Of a stretch of DNA of 64,000 nucleotides, positions 40,090 through 53,755 are shown one piece after another (positions within the stretch are counted from its first letter, which is position 1; each line of letters opens with the position of its first letter). The stretch comes from Octopus vulgaris (Eukaryota). Location of the stretch: the NCBI GenBank assembly GCA_951406725.2, contig OX597817.1:163122001-163186000 (forward strand). The letters run 5' to 3'. The notes beneath the pieces were generated by a model that had not been told where the DNA came from, searched no databases, and was given only the letters and a program-made list of their open reading frames with translations. The position numbers and the translations under genes are program-made.

Positions 40090-42250
40090 CGTTTAACAAA
40101 GAAGAAACTAAATTCTTGGATACGAGAAAAATGTCGGCGAAAAGGACTGTAGCCATTTGGTATTGATGGTAATAAAGTGATAAGCATCCAAAGACGTACA
40201 AAGTGATAAAAATATTGCATGTACATGTTTTTCATTACATTAATCATGAGAAAATGTGTTTAGTGAAAATGTATCTAAAAGTCTATAAATATATAAACAC
40301 AAGTTTGAAAAACAACATGGAAATAATACATGAGGTAAAACAGATCCTCTTAATATTTGTGGAACAAATACTTATCCTTAGTGAAGTATGCAAAGTGATG
40401 TCTATAAAACATGTATGTTCTAAAATAACATTGCATTTTATACAAGATGATGTCAGTTGTTGCTGAGGATAATTTATTATATGTTAAATAGAAGTATTAT
40501 TAAATGTAAAAAACGTGTTGTTTTGGCTGAGAAATATTCGAAGTTAACTAGGAAAAACAGTTGGTGATGTAATTTGGAAATAAAATGTGTAGCTAAAAGT
40601 TGGGCACTGAGGATGACATATTGATAGATGTGGGAAACAGAGAAGAGAAAATTTGAGAAAACAGGCTTTCAAGAAGGCCAACTAATTAGTCTTCAGAGGT
40701 GCACGTGTGGCTATGTGGTAAGTACCTTCTTTCCCAACCACATGATTTCGGGTTCAGTTTCACTGCATATCTTTGGAAAGTGTTTTCTGCTATAACCCCA
40801 GGCCAGTGAAAGCCTTGTGAGTGGATTTGGTGAACGAACACTGAAAGACGCCCGTCGTATACATACGTACTTACCTATACATGTGTGTGTGTGTCTTTGT
40901 GTTTGTGCTTGTTACCCACCACCACTTGATTACCTGTGTTGGTATGTTTACATCCCTGTAATTTAGCAGTTCGGCAAAAGAGACTGATAGAATAAGTACC
41001 AGACTTAAAAAAAAACGCATTGTAGTTGATTTGTTCGACTAAACCCTTCAAAATGGTGACTCAGCATGGCCGGAGCCCAATGATTGAAACAATTAAAAAA
41101 TAAAAGATATAGCATAAATATAACATATAGCATAAAATTTAAAGAAAATGTGTGGCAATAAATACATTAGGATATAAGCAGATATATAAATGATTATAAC
41201 AAAAAGTGGCTTGAAACAAAACAGAGACAGATCTTTGGACAAGGTGTATAAAAAAATTCTTATACTATCTTCAAATGCAATCTATAACATCCAATTAAAA
41301 GGAAGTGTGCGAAAGTGAATACATTAGAATGAGTTGGAGTATAAATTATCATGAGGTAACAGTAACGGGATTAAATAAAGTAGGAACAAATTAAGGAGGT
41401 AGTAGAAAAAAAAAGGAAGTTTACAAGTTTGAATAAGATGTACGATATTATATAGTCTACTAATTAGAGGTGGCTGGGAAAGAAGATGCGAAAAAAGTAT
41501 CTTACATTAATATAAATGTATTAAAGCTTAATAAGTTGATGGTCTAACAAGAATTTGTAGGTAGTTAATTTGATAATTAAATGAATATAAAAACTAAGGA
41601 GATAACAATTCAGTGTAAGTTTAGACAATTAAATGGATTAAGATGATGAACTGTATAGTTTGTAAAGTAGACACGTTATAATGATAAAGAAAGCTATGTT
41701 TTTTTTTATAAATATAGTCTGGCTGTTAGTGACAATGAAACTTATTTTGAAACTTTTTCTATCTAGGTGAAAATGAAATGAAATCAAAATATAAAAATAG
41801 TTACTAGGGATGTACCAATGTTCTAGGCAAAGGTATATGTTTTTAGGAAATTATTACCTATCATGAAATATAAGTTTTAAAGTGTTTTAATGTTTTGAAA
41901 ATATTGTTTGAATGAAGGGTATTATTCGTTTCTCATCTGGTTTCTAAAAGTATGTGTATGTTGATAAAATTTGTTTTTGAAGAAAGTAGCGGTTAAGCCT
42001 ATCAATGAAACTGAGGTCATGTTTGGGTTGACTGTGATGCAATTAATTAATTTTTAGTTTTACATTTCTTTCAATTGGACAGCTGTTGGTGTTGACAAAA
42101 CTATAATTACACGTGTTTTGGTCGGCAGAAAGTCCTCTATTATTTGTGCAAAATTTTGGGTGATTGAATATAAATTTTAAATATTTTTTTTAAATGATGA
42201 GTATCTGGTATTTGTGGACTGGAGAGAAATGCTTCTGTAGGAAATAAAAA
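40090..42250 (-). mobile_element. Highly decayed CR1/L2-like LINE ORF2
   Basis: Strong strand asymmetry. Ordered minus-strand remnants TIFIKKN...YN, YIYINVRYFF/LSQPPLISRLYNI, SNVFTFA and YFYHFVRLWM..LP recall the PIFKKG..NYR, IYLDFSKAFD..H..LLSKL, FADD and FF.RV..LWN.LP motifs. Confidence 0.45.
40698..41107 (+). mobile_element. SINE family A (older), nested in the LINE remnant
   Basis: Full-length diverged match. Confidence 0.85.
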
Positions 42251-42971
42251 AAATAACTTTTAACTAAGAGTGGTAAAACATATACGATAAACAGCGTCGA
42301 TCTATAATGTATATTTTACTTTTGATCAGGACAAAAACGTTATTCCGATCATATATTACATTATATATATAACTACATATAACTGCTTCGTTTTAACAGA
42401 TAGTTTTTTTAGTGCATGATAGTATATTAATTATATTAAATCCATCTTAAATTATATTTATACTTGTAGTGCCGTTCGTTAAATACCTGAAAAAAAACCC
42501 CAACTTTTTTCTTTAATTAGTAGTTGGTATTTGTTTAATTTTTCTCAATTCACTCGTTTTTAATATATATGATAATTATACATACTAGCAGAATAAATGT
42601 CTGTTGTGTGGGCGCCCCCAGACGATGAAGTAGGCTAGTCCAATATGTAGATATAGAGGGAGAAGTCTAGACGTCGTTAGAATGAAGAGTAGAGTAGAGT
42701 AGAAGTCATCCGAACGTGCGATATAACAGTGGAGACGAAGATTTCGTAGCACACACAGCCACTGTGTAGTATTGCGACATAACAATGTCGAACGATGAAA
42801 ATGAGTTCTCAACACAGCATTGATGGATATAATCTCTTTATTTGTGAATTAAGGCTACCATTGGTTTCATGTTAAGAAAAATAGAAAAAATATCTTAATA
42901 TCATATCTTAACAATTTTTAAAACCGGTCACATGGGGGAATGATGTTCGTCTCCATTTTACGTATATATAA

Positions 42972-43002
<31 letters not shown>

Positions 43003-43036
43003 TGTATGTATGTATGTATGCATGTGTGCATGTATG

Positions 43037-43080
<44 letters not shown>

Positions 43081-43701
43081 TACACATCTGTGTGTGTGTT
43101 TGTGTGTGTGTATGTGTTTGTGTTTGTATATGAGTATATGGAAAATCATTTTCCAAAGTATCCTTTCTAGATTTAAGACAGTAGGATGTTATTTGAAGTA
43201 TTTTGGCTGCTATAACTAGCAGGTCGCACGCCCTCGCGGAAGTTCTCTGTCGTTGACACGAAATAAATATCTCTATGTCGTTTCGGATCAGGCATATTTA
43301 AAAAAAACTACGATGAAAAAAATCCAGTCATGAGAGTCCCGTCATTTGTCTATCAGGAACGGCATCGTTCAATATATCCTTTATTTACGAGTGTGGATTG
43401 GCCGCTATTTTCAGCACGCTGAACGATAACTGAATTGTTATATATGTTTACCAAACCCTGACATGTCTGATGGTTAAAATTTTCTGGTGTTAAGAACAGT
43501 GTTTGCAAAAAACTACAATACGGCTGTTATATTACATGTGTAAATATTGAGATTTTCAGACAAAACTCAAACACGTAAAAGATAGAAATAAACTTGCATA
43601 AAAACACAACAAAACTATTGTATTATAAATTACTTTTTCATTCGGAATGAATTTTTAGTTTACTCATTAAAGTTATTCATTTGGTGCACATTACATCCTC
43701 A

Positions 43702-43840
43702 TAGGCGAAGGCATGGCTGTTTGGTTAAGAAGCTCAATTTGCAACCACATGGTTTCAGGTTCATTCCCATTGCGCGGCACCTTGGGAGAATGTCTTCTAC
43801 TGTAGCCTCAAGCCGACCAATGGGGGTGTGAGTGAATTTG
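43702..43840 (+). mobile_element. SINE family A, 5' half
   Basis: Diverged head and CORE-like region. Confidence 0.75.
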
Positions 43841-43872
43841 AATTTGAAAGAGGTGTGTGCGCGTGCGTGTGC

Positions 43873-43916
<44 letters not shown>

Positions 43917-43923
43917 ATCTATA

Positions 43924-44301
43924 TCTATATAAACGGCAGTTTGTCTGTGCGTGTTTCTGTGTGTCTGTTTGCTTGTACCCTCACCCTGACCACGGCTTTC
44001 AACCGATTCTGATGAAACTTGACACACACATAGCCCAATGTCATAATTCAAAACTAACGCAGCGAAAATTTTGAAAAGTTCCCCCAGTTCTGAAAAAAAT
44101 CGATAAATTCGACATGGGGTCGAGAATCAGAAACACAAACCGCAAACTGTCTAGGGGACGCAACTGGACCTTTTTTTAACTAAAAAAAAAATTTACCATC
44201 ATTTTTTTCCATTTTTTTGCTATTTTTTGGCTATAACTCTCTAAAAATGCTTTATAGTTATTTCCCTTACAAACCTGAGCAACGCCGGGCGATACTGCTA
44301 G
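43924..44301 (+). mobile_element. Non-autonomous Helitron
   Basis: 5' TCTATATAAA; 3' CCTGAGCAACGCCGGGCGATACTG-CTAG followed by T; no TSD. Confidence 0.8.
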
Positions 44302-44652
44302 TATATATATAAATGTGTATGTATGTATGTATGTATATATTTCATTTCTATAAACAAATAATTTGTGGGGATCGTTGGAAAGAGCTGCACACTCACTCAT
44401 ACGTCGTTTTCGACGGGAGAGTCCAGCATACACACACACACACACACATACACACGCATGCACGCGCACATGCACACACACACACACGCACGCACACGTG
44501 CACGCACGCACGTACGCACGCGCACGCACACACACATGTGTATGTGTGTCTGTACATGTATAACATAGCAGAGTTGCAAGTTTGCATTTTTATTATTTCG
44601 AGTCAGTTTTACGCCTCCCCACAAACAAATATATATATATATATATATATAC

Positions 44653-44793
<141 letters not shown>

Positions 44794-45163
44794 CATACAT
44801 ACATGCATACATACATGCGTATTTTTAAATATTAAATATTTATACGTTTATATACTTGTATGTTTTTATACTGTATTATCTGGAATTTATATTGATTTAT
44901 TAATATCCAATGAAAGTACACATATATATTGAATATTCTATTGGATAATAGGTCATGTTCCTCTAGTTTTCCGCTGGTATTGCCTCCATCGAAATCATAA
45001 ATTGGAACATAGCTCAATTAGAGCACTTTAATTCTAGCCTGTTTCTGAGCCTTGTTAAAGTTAACAATCTCTACATAAAATTGTATAATTTATACATACA
45101 TACATACAAACATATATTACACACATACATATATTTAATACATATATATATATATATATATAT

Positions 45164-45377
45164 AGTTAATCCAAAAATGAAAACACAAAGAGAAAACACA
45201 ACAACGCGAGGACGTGGAACAAATATAGTATTATTGGACGCTCAGGAAGGAAGGGAAGAAGGAGGGTTTTACGTTTCGAGCGGAGCTCTTCGTCAGAAAC
45301 ATAAGAAAAGGAAAGATCCAGAGAAGGGAAGACGGAGGAAAAAAATCGCCAACGGTACACACGCGGTCACATTTTGA
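45164..45377 (-). mobile_element. Short hammerhead-bearing element, family H2
   Basis: Paralogue of 19008-19208; (TA)n on both sides. Confidence 0.7.
45266..45300 (-). ncRNA. Minimal type I hammerhead ribozyme motif
   Basis: Minus strand: GTTT-CTGACGA-A-GAGC tcc GCTC-GAAA-CG-TA-AAAC. Confidence 0.7.
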
Positions 45378-46415
45378 ATGTGAATATATATATATATATA
45401 TATATATATTTGTAAAAAATGAAGTTCGAAAATGCTGCTGTATTATACAATTTTTAATTTTTATATATATACGTTATAACATGTTTCAGTTCCTGAAATG
45501 AACTTTATCAAAAAAAGTTATATATAAAAAAAGACAGCTCATGCCGTCAAACACAAGAAATTCATTTATAATACACAACGGAGTCAGACATCTTAGAGTT
45601 CATGCATAGTTGATATATAGTTCATGTATAGTTGATATATAGTTTGAAGTATATGTTCAAAGTGTTCGATGCAGTGGCCCACGGTGGCGATACGTATTCA
45701 ATACAAAAAACAGATCAAAGTGGTGGAAAGCGGTCAATACAGAAGATTGATGTTTCCGAAAGAGCGAGGAATTCATTTTTACCTTAAGCAAATGTGATGA
45801 CCCATGGTGGATGTTCGCTGGGTGGTTCTAATGAGTTTTTGTGAAGTGTTCGGTTTTATAATGCCTGTTAGGTGGTCAATTCAGCGTAGCGTGACGTCAT
45901 ATATATATATATACATTTATATAGATATGATATAATGTGGCATGTGTATTTTATATATAAATGTAAGTATTCATTAGTAGTAGTTTTTACACGTACATAA
46001 AAGTAAACTTGTGCCACGAAATTAGTTCAATCACCAGAGGCAGACGATTTAACAGGCACATGTAAACTTTTCACTCTCTAATGAGCGGTCTAATTCTACA
46101 CGAAAGACAGAAATTATTCCGCTTTTATGTCGTACGACGCAATATTAATGCATCTTGCAGCTTCATCCACAGCACTTATATTAAACATTGCTAGCGTTAG
46201 TACGTATATTATGGTTGAAAGTTATGGGTAGTTGTAATAGGCTAACATCAAAATATTGGCCGTTTATGAAATTATTCAGTGAATCGCCATTTAATTAGCA
46301 TTTTTATTGTTTTATTATGCATTGGAAATTTGTCTACATATTTTATTTAATAATTATTAATTATAGTTTCAGTCTGCCTAAGCACTAGCTGTTGCGAATA
46401 AATATCCAGGAAGCC

Positions 46416-46432
46416 ATCTCTTTCTCTCTCTC

Positions 46433-46503
<71 letters not shown>

Positions 46504-46530
46504 ATTTTTCTTTCTTTCTTTCTTTCTTTT

Positions 46531-46569
<39 letters not shown>

Positions 46570-46682
46570 CCGCCTCTCTCCTTCTCTCTATCTACCTACC
46601 TACCTACCTACCTACCCACCTACCTACATACCTACCTACCTACCTACCTACCTACCTACCTACCTACCTACCTACCTACCTA

Positions 46683-46740
<58 letters not shown>
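46416..46740. repeat. Compound (TC)n(TTTC)n(CTAC)n(TATC)n tract
   Basis: Directly visible. Confidence 0.9.
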
Positions 46741-47600
46741 CATTCGTCAGTCTTTCAATTTATCTAGCTTTCTAACTATATGCAAATATGCAGATACATA
46801 CATTATACCTATCCAAGGATGAATGTATGTAGCATACACACACACACACATACATGCCTGTATGTACGTAGCTGTACATTCATATATTTATTATGCACAT
46901 TTCGTATGTTTGTATCTGTGTATGCTTCTGTTCGATTACTTGCCAATATATATTAGTTTATATAGGATTCAGCTTTTATTAGATCATGTCCCTTTAAAGA
47001 TACAGCTTGAAAGGCTGTTAACTAGGATTATGTCGAGTCTTTCAAACCTAAATGCAGATCTTATGATTGAGCTGTGGTTATGTTCTAATATCCCAAAGCT
47101 AAAAATTAAAGAGAATTGCACTGGTCCTTTAGCTTTTAACAACGGATGTACGAGAGCTCAGAATTATTACAAATATATAAGTTCAAGTTGGAAACTACAA
47201 AGTGTATTGCTAATGATATATGATCCAAACATCCGCTTTACTCTCAGGAAGACTGATTTTATTCATAAAAATATATGCGAAGGACGTATAAATATATTTG
47301 TATATGCATCGTTTTCTCTCTCGTTCTCTCATTCTCTCTTGCTCTTTCTTTCTCTCATACACTCACATTCAAATACGCCAGTCACTTGCAAACAAACTGT
47401 TCCATAAGCACCTTAGTACAAAGCATTTGACATTTGAGTTACTCCAGTCGCAAGCTTAGCTTCTACCTACCTACCAACCTACCTACCTGTCTGTCTGTTT
47501 ATGGTTTAATATATAGAACTATTTTCTAAACTGAGGGATAGTCATTTTTAGACACCTTTCTGAGAAAAGTCTTGCTTAGTCTATAATTCATCCACACACG

Positions 47601-48078
<478 letters not shown>

Positions 48079-48473
48079 AATAGTCTACATAATATAAACT
48101 CGCCACTTTTTTTTTTCGCTTAAAATTAAGATAGGTTTGACTATAGATCTCTCTCAAAAATATTTATTGCTCGGTCTAAAATTGTTTATACAATATTATT
48201 TTTTAACCTTCTATTTCACCTTTCCTGAATAGAATCTTGAATGTTGCACTATTGCTTAAAAATACATATTGTTCTCCAAGTAATATTGCTGAAATATGTA
48301 CTGGCGACATTTGCATACATGTTTTGTAATTCCTGTATAGCTAGACATGTTCTTATTTCTTTGACCTTGTTCATTCCAGATCGAACCAACCTATGATCAA
48401 AGGTATTCAAGCCATGACCATCTCGTCGCTATAGTTGTATCTAGAACTATATTATCCAACGTGTCCTTCTTTT

Positions 48474-49130
48474 GTTTAAGAAAATGTCGTCGCTCTTTCT
48501 AGCAGGTCGAGCGATTTCATAGATCTCTTATTGGTTCGTCGCTAGTCGTCTGCTCTTTAATGATTATATATGAAGATATTCTTCCTCCAGATGGAAGGGG
48601 TTCAATGTTTGTACAGTTTCTCCATATAATTTTTTTTTGTTTAAGAAAATGTCGTCGCTCTTTCTAGCAGGTCAAGCGATTTCATAGATCTCTTGTTGGT
48701 TCGTCGCTAGTCGTCTGCTCTTTAATGATTATATATGAAGATATTCTTCCTCCAGATGGAAGGGGTTCAATGTTTGTACAGTTTCTCCATATAATTTTTT
48801 TTTGTTTAAGAAAATGTCGTCGCTCTTTCTAGCAGGTCAAGCGATTTCATAGATCTCTTATTGGTTCGTCGCTAGTCGTCTGCTCTTTAATGATTATATA
48901 TGAAGATATTCTTCCTCCAGATGGAAGGGGTTCAATGTTTGTACAGTTTCTCCATATAATTTTTTTTGTTTAAGAAAATGTCGTCGCTCTTTCTAGCAGG
49001 TCAAGCGATTTCATAGATCTCTTATTGGTTCGTCGCTAGTCGTCTGCTCTTTAATGATTATATATGAAGATATTCTTCCTCCATATGGAAGGGGTTCATT
49101 GTTTGTACAGTTTCTCCATATAATTTTTTT
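48474..49130. repeat. Tandem repeat, 4 x ~165 bp
   Basis: GTTTAAGAAAATGTCGTCG starts at 48474, 48639, 48804 and 48968; copies nearly identical. Confidence 0.95.
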
Positions 49131-49302
49131 GCATTATTGTTTTTAATGGTATTACAAATATTTGGAAAATACTACTAGTATAGTTTAATGAAGTACTACA
49201 GTTGGTTTTCTTAACCGGTAATATACATACGCTGTTCGGAAAAGGAGAACCAAAGAATGGATGTATGCTACTCGGTCACTCGTATTCTTTTCTACAACTA
49301 AT

Positions 49303-50005
49303 CCAGCGAACTAATAGAATCGTTTGCGTTTCGGGCAACATGCTCAGCGGCATTTTCTCCGACTCGAGCTGGCAGAAAGAATGATGATGATGATGATTTC
49401 TACGATTTGAAGAAGGAAATAAGGCGGCGAGTTATCAGAAGCGTTAGCATGCCGGCTGAAATGCTCAGCGGTATTTCGTCTGCCGCTACGTTCTGAGTTC
49501 AATTTCCGCCGAGGTCGACTTTGCCTTTTATCCTTTCGGGGTCGATTAAATAAGTACCAGTTACGCAATGGGGTCGATATAATCGACTTAATCCGTTTGT
49601 CTGTCCTTGTTTGTCCTCTCTGTGTTTAGCCCCTTGTGGGTAGTAAAGAAATAGGTATTTCGTCTGCCACTACGTTCTGAGTTCAAATTCCGCCGGGGTC
49701 GACTTTGCCTTTTATCCTTTCGGGGTCGATTAAATAAATACCAGTTACGCAATGGGGTCGATATAATCGACTTAATCCGTTTGTCTGTCCTTGTTTGTCC
49801 TCTCTGTGTTTAGCCCCTTGTGGGTAGTAAAGAAATAGGCATTTTCTCTGACTAATTACTTTTTGCGTTCGAATTACATCGAGGTCGACTTTGCTTTTCA
49901 TCTCGGCGGGGTCAGTAAAATAAGTACCTGTTGGGCAGAGGGATCGACGTGGTCAATTTACATGCTTTCTTAAAATTACTGGCCTTATGCCAAAATTTGA
50001 GATCA
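49303..50005 (+). mobile_element. SINE family B dimer nested in an older family B copy
   Basis: GGCATTTTCTCYGACT duplicated at about 49348 and 49838 around the younger insertion. Confidence 0.85.
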
Positions 50006-50189
50006 TTATTTTTTATAAATAACTACGCTAAAAACCTTATGATTTTCTTTCCTGTTCCTTGTTATCAATATGCAAAGTAAAACCATAAAAGACCATCGTT
50101 TTCTTGCTCCTGTAGAAGAATTAAAAACAAGCTAAACTATATCCAGAAATCTGGATATAACTACAACAGTTAGTAAATGTTCAATCGAT

Positions 50190-50465
50190 GTGGAAGCACA
50201 TGGCCTAGTGGTTAGAGCAGCGGACTCGCGGTCGAGGGATCGCGGGTTCGAATCTCAGACCGGGCGAGCTCCACGCGGTTCCGGCAGAAGGTAATGGCGA
50301 ATTTCTGCTGACTCTTTCGCCACAACTTTCTCTCTCTCTTTCCTCCTGCATCTTGCAGCTCACCTGCGACGGACTGGCGTCCCGTCCAGGTGGGGAACCT
50401 ATACGCCAAATAAACCGGGAAACCGGCCCTTATGAGCCAGGCGTGGCTCGAGAAGGAACAAACAA
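50190..50465 (+). mobile_element. SINE family C/D chimera
   Basis: Family C head and body, then the family D CTGCGACGGACTGGCGTCCCGTCCAG...GAAACCGGCCC domain. Confidence 0.8.
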
Positions 50466-50609
50466 CAAAATGTTCAATCAACAATATAACTCATATAAAC
50501 ATATTGGCATTTTTCAAGTTATACCGAAACGTAATAGGACTGGTAATGATGATTTCTACGATATGAAGAAGGAAATATGGAGATATATTAGCAGTTGGGA
50601 ATCGTAAAA

Positions 50610-50800
50610 AGGTTAAAAAACCTTGTACTCAAGCGTTGTTCCTATTAAACACCTGTCGAAATTTGTGGCTTTCCCGGAAATGCTTTCTGATAAGTTGCTC
50701 TTAACATTAATGTTCTTTGGCAAATTGTAGCATACGATACGTTTCTTCCTTCTGGTATGTCTAGGATGTTTTGGTATGTGAATAACTTTACCTTTTCTAT
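50610..50800 (-). mobile_element. Possible Penelope-like (Naiad-type) ORF remnant
   Basis: RRKKRIVCYNLPKNINVKSNL...YKVF resembles the RKRNIIWFNPPxSxNVKTNIG...KIFN linker between RT and GIY-YIG. Confidence 0.45.
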
Positions 50801-51752
50801 ATAATTGTTGCATATTTATTTTATACATTTTGCCTTCTTATGTCACATTAAACTGTTCTGTAGCCTCAGTTAAGGAGAAGATCTTTTTATCGCTGGCCTA
50901 ATTTCTCTTGCACCTGTCTGGCGGTGCCCTCTCCTTGTGTGGTTGGTTTTTATATTTATGCTGGGTGGTTCATTGTCTTGCTTTCTGAATGATTACTCTT
51001 TATATGTTTAACTTATATGTTATGCGATTCAAGTTTAATTTGAAGGTTCGGTTGAAACTACATTTACTAGATGTTGGTGAAAGCATTAAATATGCAGTAG
51101 TAAATTCGGTATTGATATGCAGTAATAAATTTAGCTTGGAGCTGCCTTTAAAGCGAACCAATGAAGATTTAATGTGTCACACACAGAGAAGACAACTGAA
51201 ATATCGGCTGCTTTCACATAGACCACTAAAGGAGTTACCGAGCCAATGAAGGGACTCATACCCGGTAACTCAATCTAAGGTGAATAGCAACCAAAATATG
51301 TCTTAAATCACAGACGATAGCTAGATGTGGTAAAATAGATCGAAAGGTTACCTCTGGAACATTATTGATTATAGACCAGCTCGTGAAGGGCCAAACCGTG
51401 ATTAAACAATCGCCACTACAACAACAGCAAATGTTATGCTTACACACATTTTGTCTAAATTAATGATCATTGGGTTTTAGTTAATTGGGCATATATCAAA
51501 TATACCACACACAGCGCGCGCGTATATATATGCACACGCGCATATATATGAACATGCATGCATAAAAATATGTGTATGTATGCAAGCATGTACGTATAGA
51601 CATATACGTATATATACTTATGTATTTATGTTTATATATATACGTATATTCATATGCATGTGTGTATATATGCATTTAGTTGTGTATGTTTATGTCTGTA
51701 TGTATATCTATTATCTATCTATATATCCATCCATCCATCCATCCATCCATCC

Positions 51753-51865
<113 letters not shown>

Positions 51866-52007
51866 AGCACATATCGCGGTTATAATTGACTTCTTCATTA
51901 TATCCTCATGTAAATATTTTCGTACTTGTTTCAATATTTGTGGCCGCATAATTGCCAACTGTTCACTAATGCGTATAATATAATATAATATAATATAATA
52001 TAATATG

Positions 52008-52073
<66 letters not shown>

Positions 52074-53045
52074 GGTGTATGTATGTATTTATGTATAGCT
52101 GTTGAAGAATGTCACTTTGTTCTTTGTCACGAGAAAAACTTTCCCGTTCAGTGTCATGATGATGGTTTTGTGAACTTTTAGCCTTGTTGTCTGGGATGTG
52201 TTGAATGCATTTATTTAGCATTATTGACAAAATGCTTCTGTACTGTGTTATTGTCTTGCACAGAGAGAATCTGGCGCCAATTCATATTGATTTATAGTGA
52301 CACTTGTGAAAATACAGTTTGGAGAGATTTTGAGTGTTTTTTTTCTGAAATACTGAGCAACAAACTTTTTTTTACTATGCTTATTTAATTCTATAATTAC
52401 TTGGTGAGAGAATATTATGTCAATATATTAAAATCTGGTTGTGTTCCACAGTGTTTGTGAAGCAGAGAAGAGTTCTTATCGGACAGCGGATCATATATTT
52501 TCATGAACATCATTATGGCTACGTCTGTGTTTCTCTTTTGATCTACTCCAGCGAATGTAGAGCTCTGAACTTTTGAGGATGTGTGGTAAGTAGCTTGCTT
52601 ACCAACCACATGGTTCTGGGTTCAGTCCCACTGCGTGGCACCTTGGGCAAGTGTCTTCTACTATAGCCTCGGGCCGACCAAAGCCTTGTGAGTGGATTTG
52701 GTAGACGGAAACTGAAAGAAGCCCGTTGTATATATGTAGAGCTCTGAACATTTGAGGATAGGGAAATTGAAGTCTTCCAATACGAGTTTATACGTGTGTT
52801 ACTCTTATACTCTCTTTTACTCTTTTACTTGTTTCAGTAATTTGACTGCGGCCATGCTGGAGCACCGCCTTTAGTCGAGCAAATCGAACCTAGTACTTAT
52901 TCTTTGTAAGCCTAGTACTTATTCTATCGGTCTCTTTTGCCGGTAAGTTACGTGGACGTAAACACACCAACATCGGTTGTCAAGTGATGTTGGGAGGGGG
53001 ACAAAAACAGACACACAAACATATACACACACATACATACATACC

Positions 53046-53106
<61 letters not shown>

Positions 53107-53213
53107 TCGGGGTGAGTACTTGATAATTATAAGCACCTGTGTATACCGTTTGGTGGTGTAGGTGGTGGAGTAAATTGATCAAAATAAAATAAAAACATGA
53201 TGCGAAGGATTCA

Positions 53214-53291
53214 GCGGTACATATGTTTCGGGCCTTTATTAGACAGATTTATAACAATGCATAATGTATGTCTGTGGCCTTCTTCAGCCGC
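53214..53291 (-). ncRNA. Type I hammerhead motif (left arm)
   Basis: Mirror copy of 53533-53610. Confidence 0.65.
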
Positions 53292-53532
53292 GCACAACAG
53301 CTTCCGCAAGGACATGTGTTACATCAAAAATTCTTGGTTGGGGATGCAAATCCTCTCATCCACGTACGACATAATGCGGCAGCAGCATAGAATTGAAGCG
53401 TCCATCTCTTTCTTCTCTGAGAGAAGAAAGAGATGGACGCTTCAATTCATTATGTCGTACGTGGATGAGAGGATTTGCATCCCCAACCAAGAATTTTTGA
53501 TGTAACACATGTCCTTGCGGAAGCTGTTGTGC

Positions 53533-53610
53533 GCGGCTGAAGAAGGCCACAGACATACATTATGCATTGTTATAAATCTGTCTAATAAAGGCCCGAAACA
53601 TATGTACCGC
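53533..53610 (+). ncRNA. Type I hammerhead motif with extended helix II
   Basis: GCGG-CTGAAGA-AGGCC...long insert...GGCCC-GAAA-CATATG-TA-CCGC; palindromic helix III ACATATGT, GUA site. Confidence 0.65.
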
Positions 53611-53645
53611 TGAATCCTTCGCATCATGTTTTTATTTTATTTTGA

Positions 53646-53680
<35 letters not shown>

Positions 53681-53687
53681 TATATAT

Positions 53688-53755
<68 letters not shown>

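Larger units (their letters stand above)
53101..53647. mobile_element. Fold-back Penelope-like element 1 (228-bp arms, 1-nt loop, ~75-nt tail)
   Basis: 53177-53418 is the reverse complement of 53420-53647 apart from a 14-nt indel (53377-53390); flanked by (TA)n; hammerhead in each arm. Confidence 0.75.

Noticed and set aside
42602-42816. Solo LTR (TGTTG...AACACA)
   Set aside because: No TSD, no second copy and no convincing internal signals.
46823-47407. 194-aa ORF
   Set aside because: Ends are microsatellite-derived and the middle has no recognisable motif.
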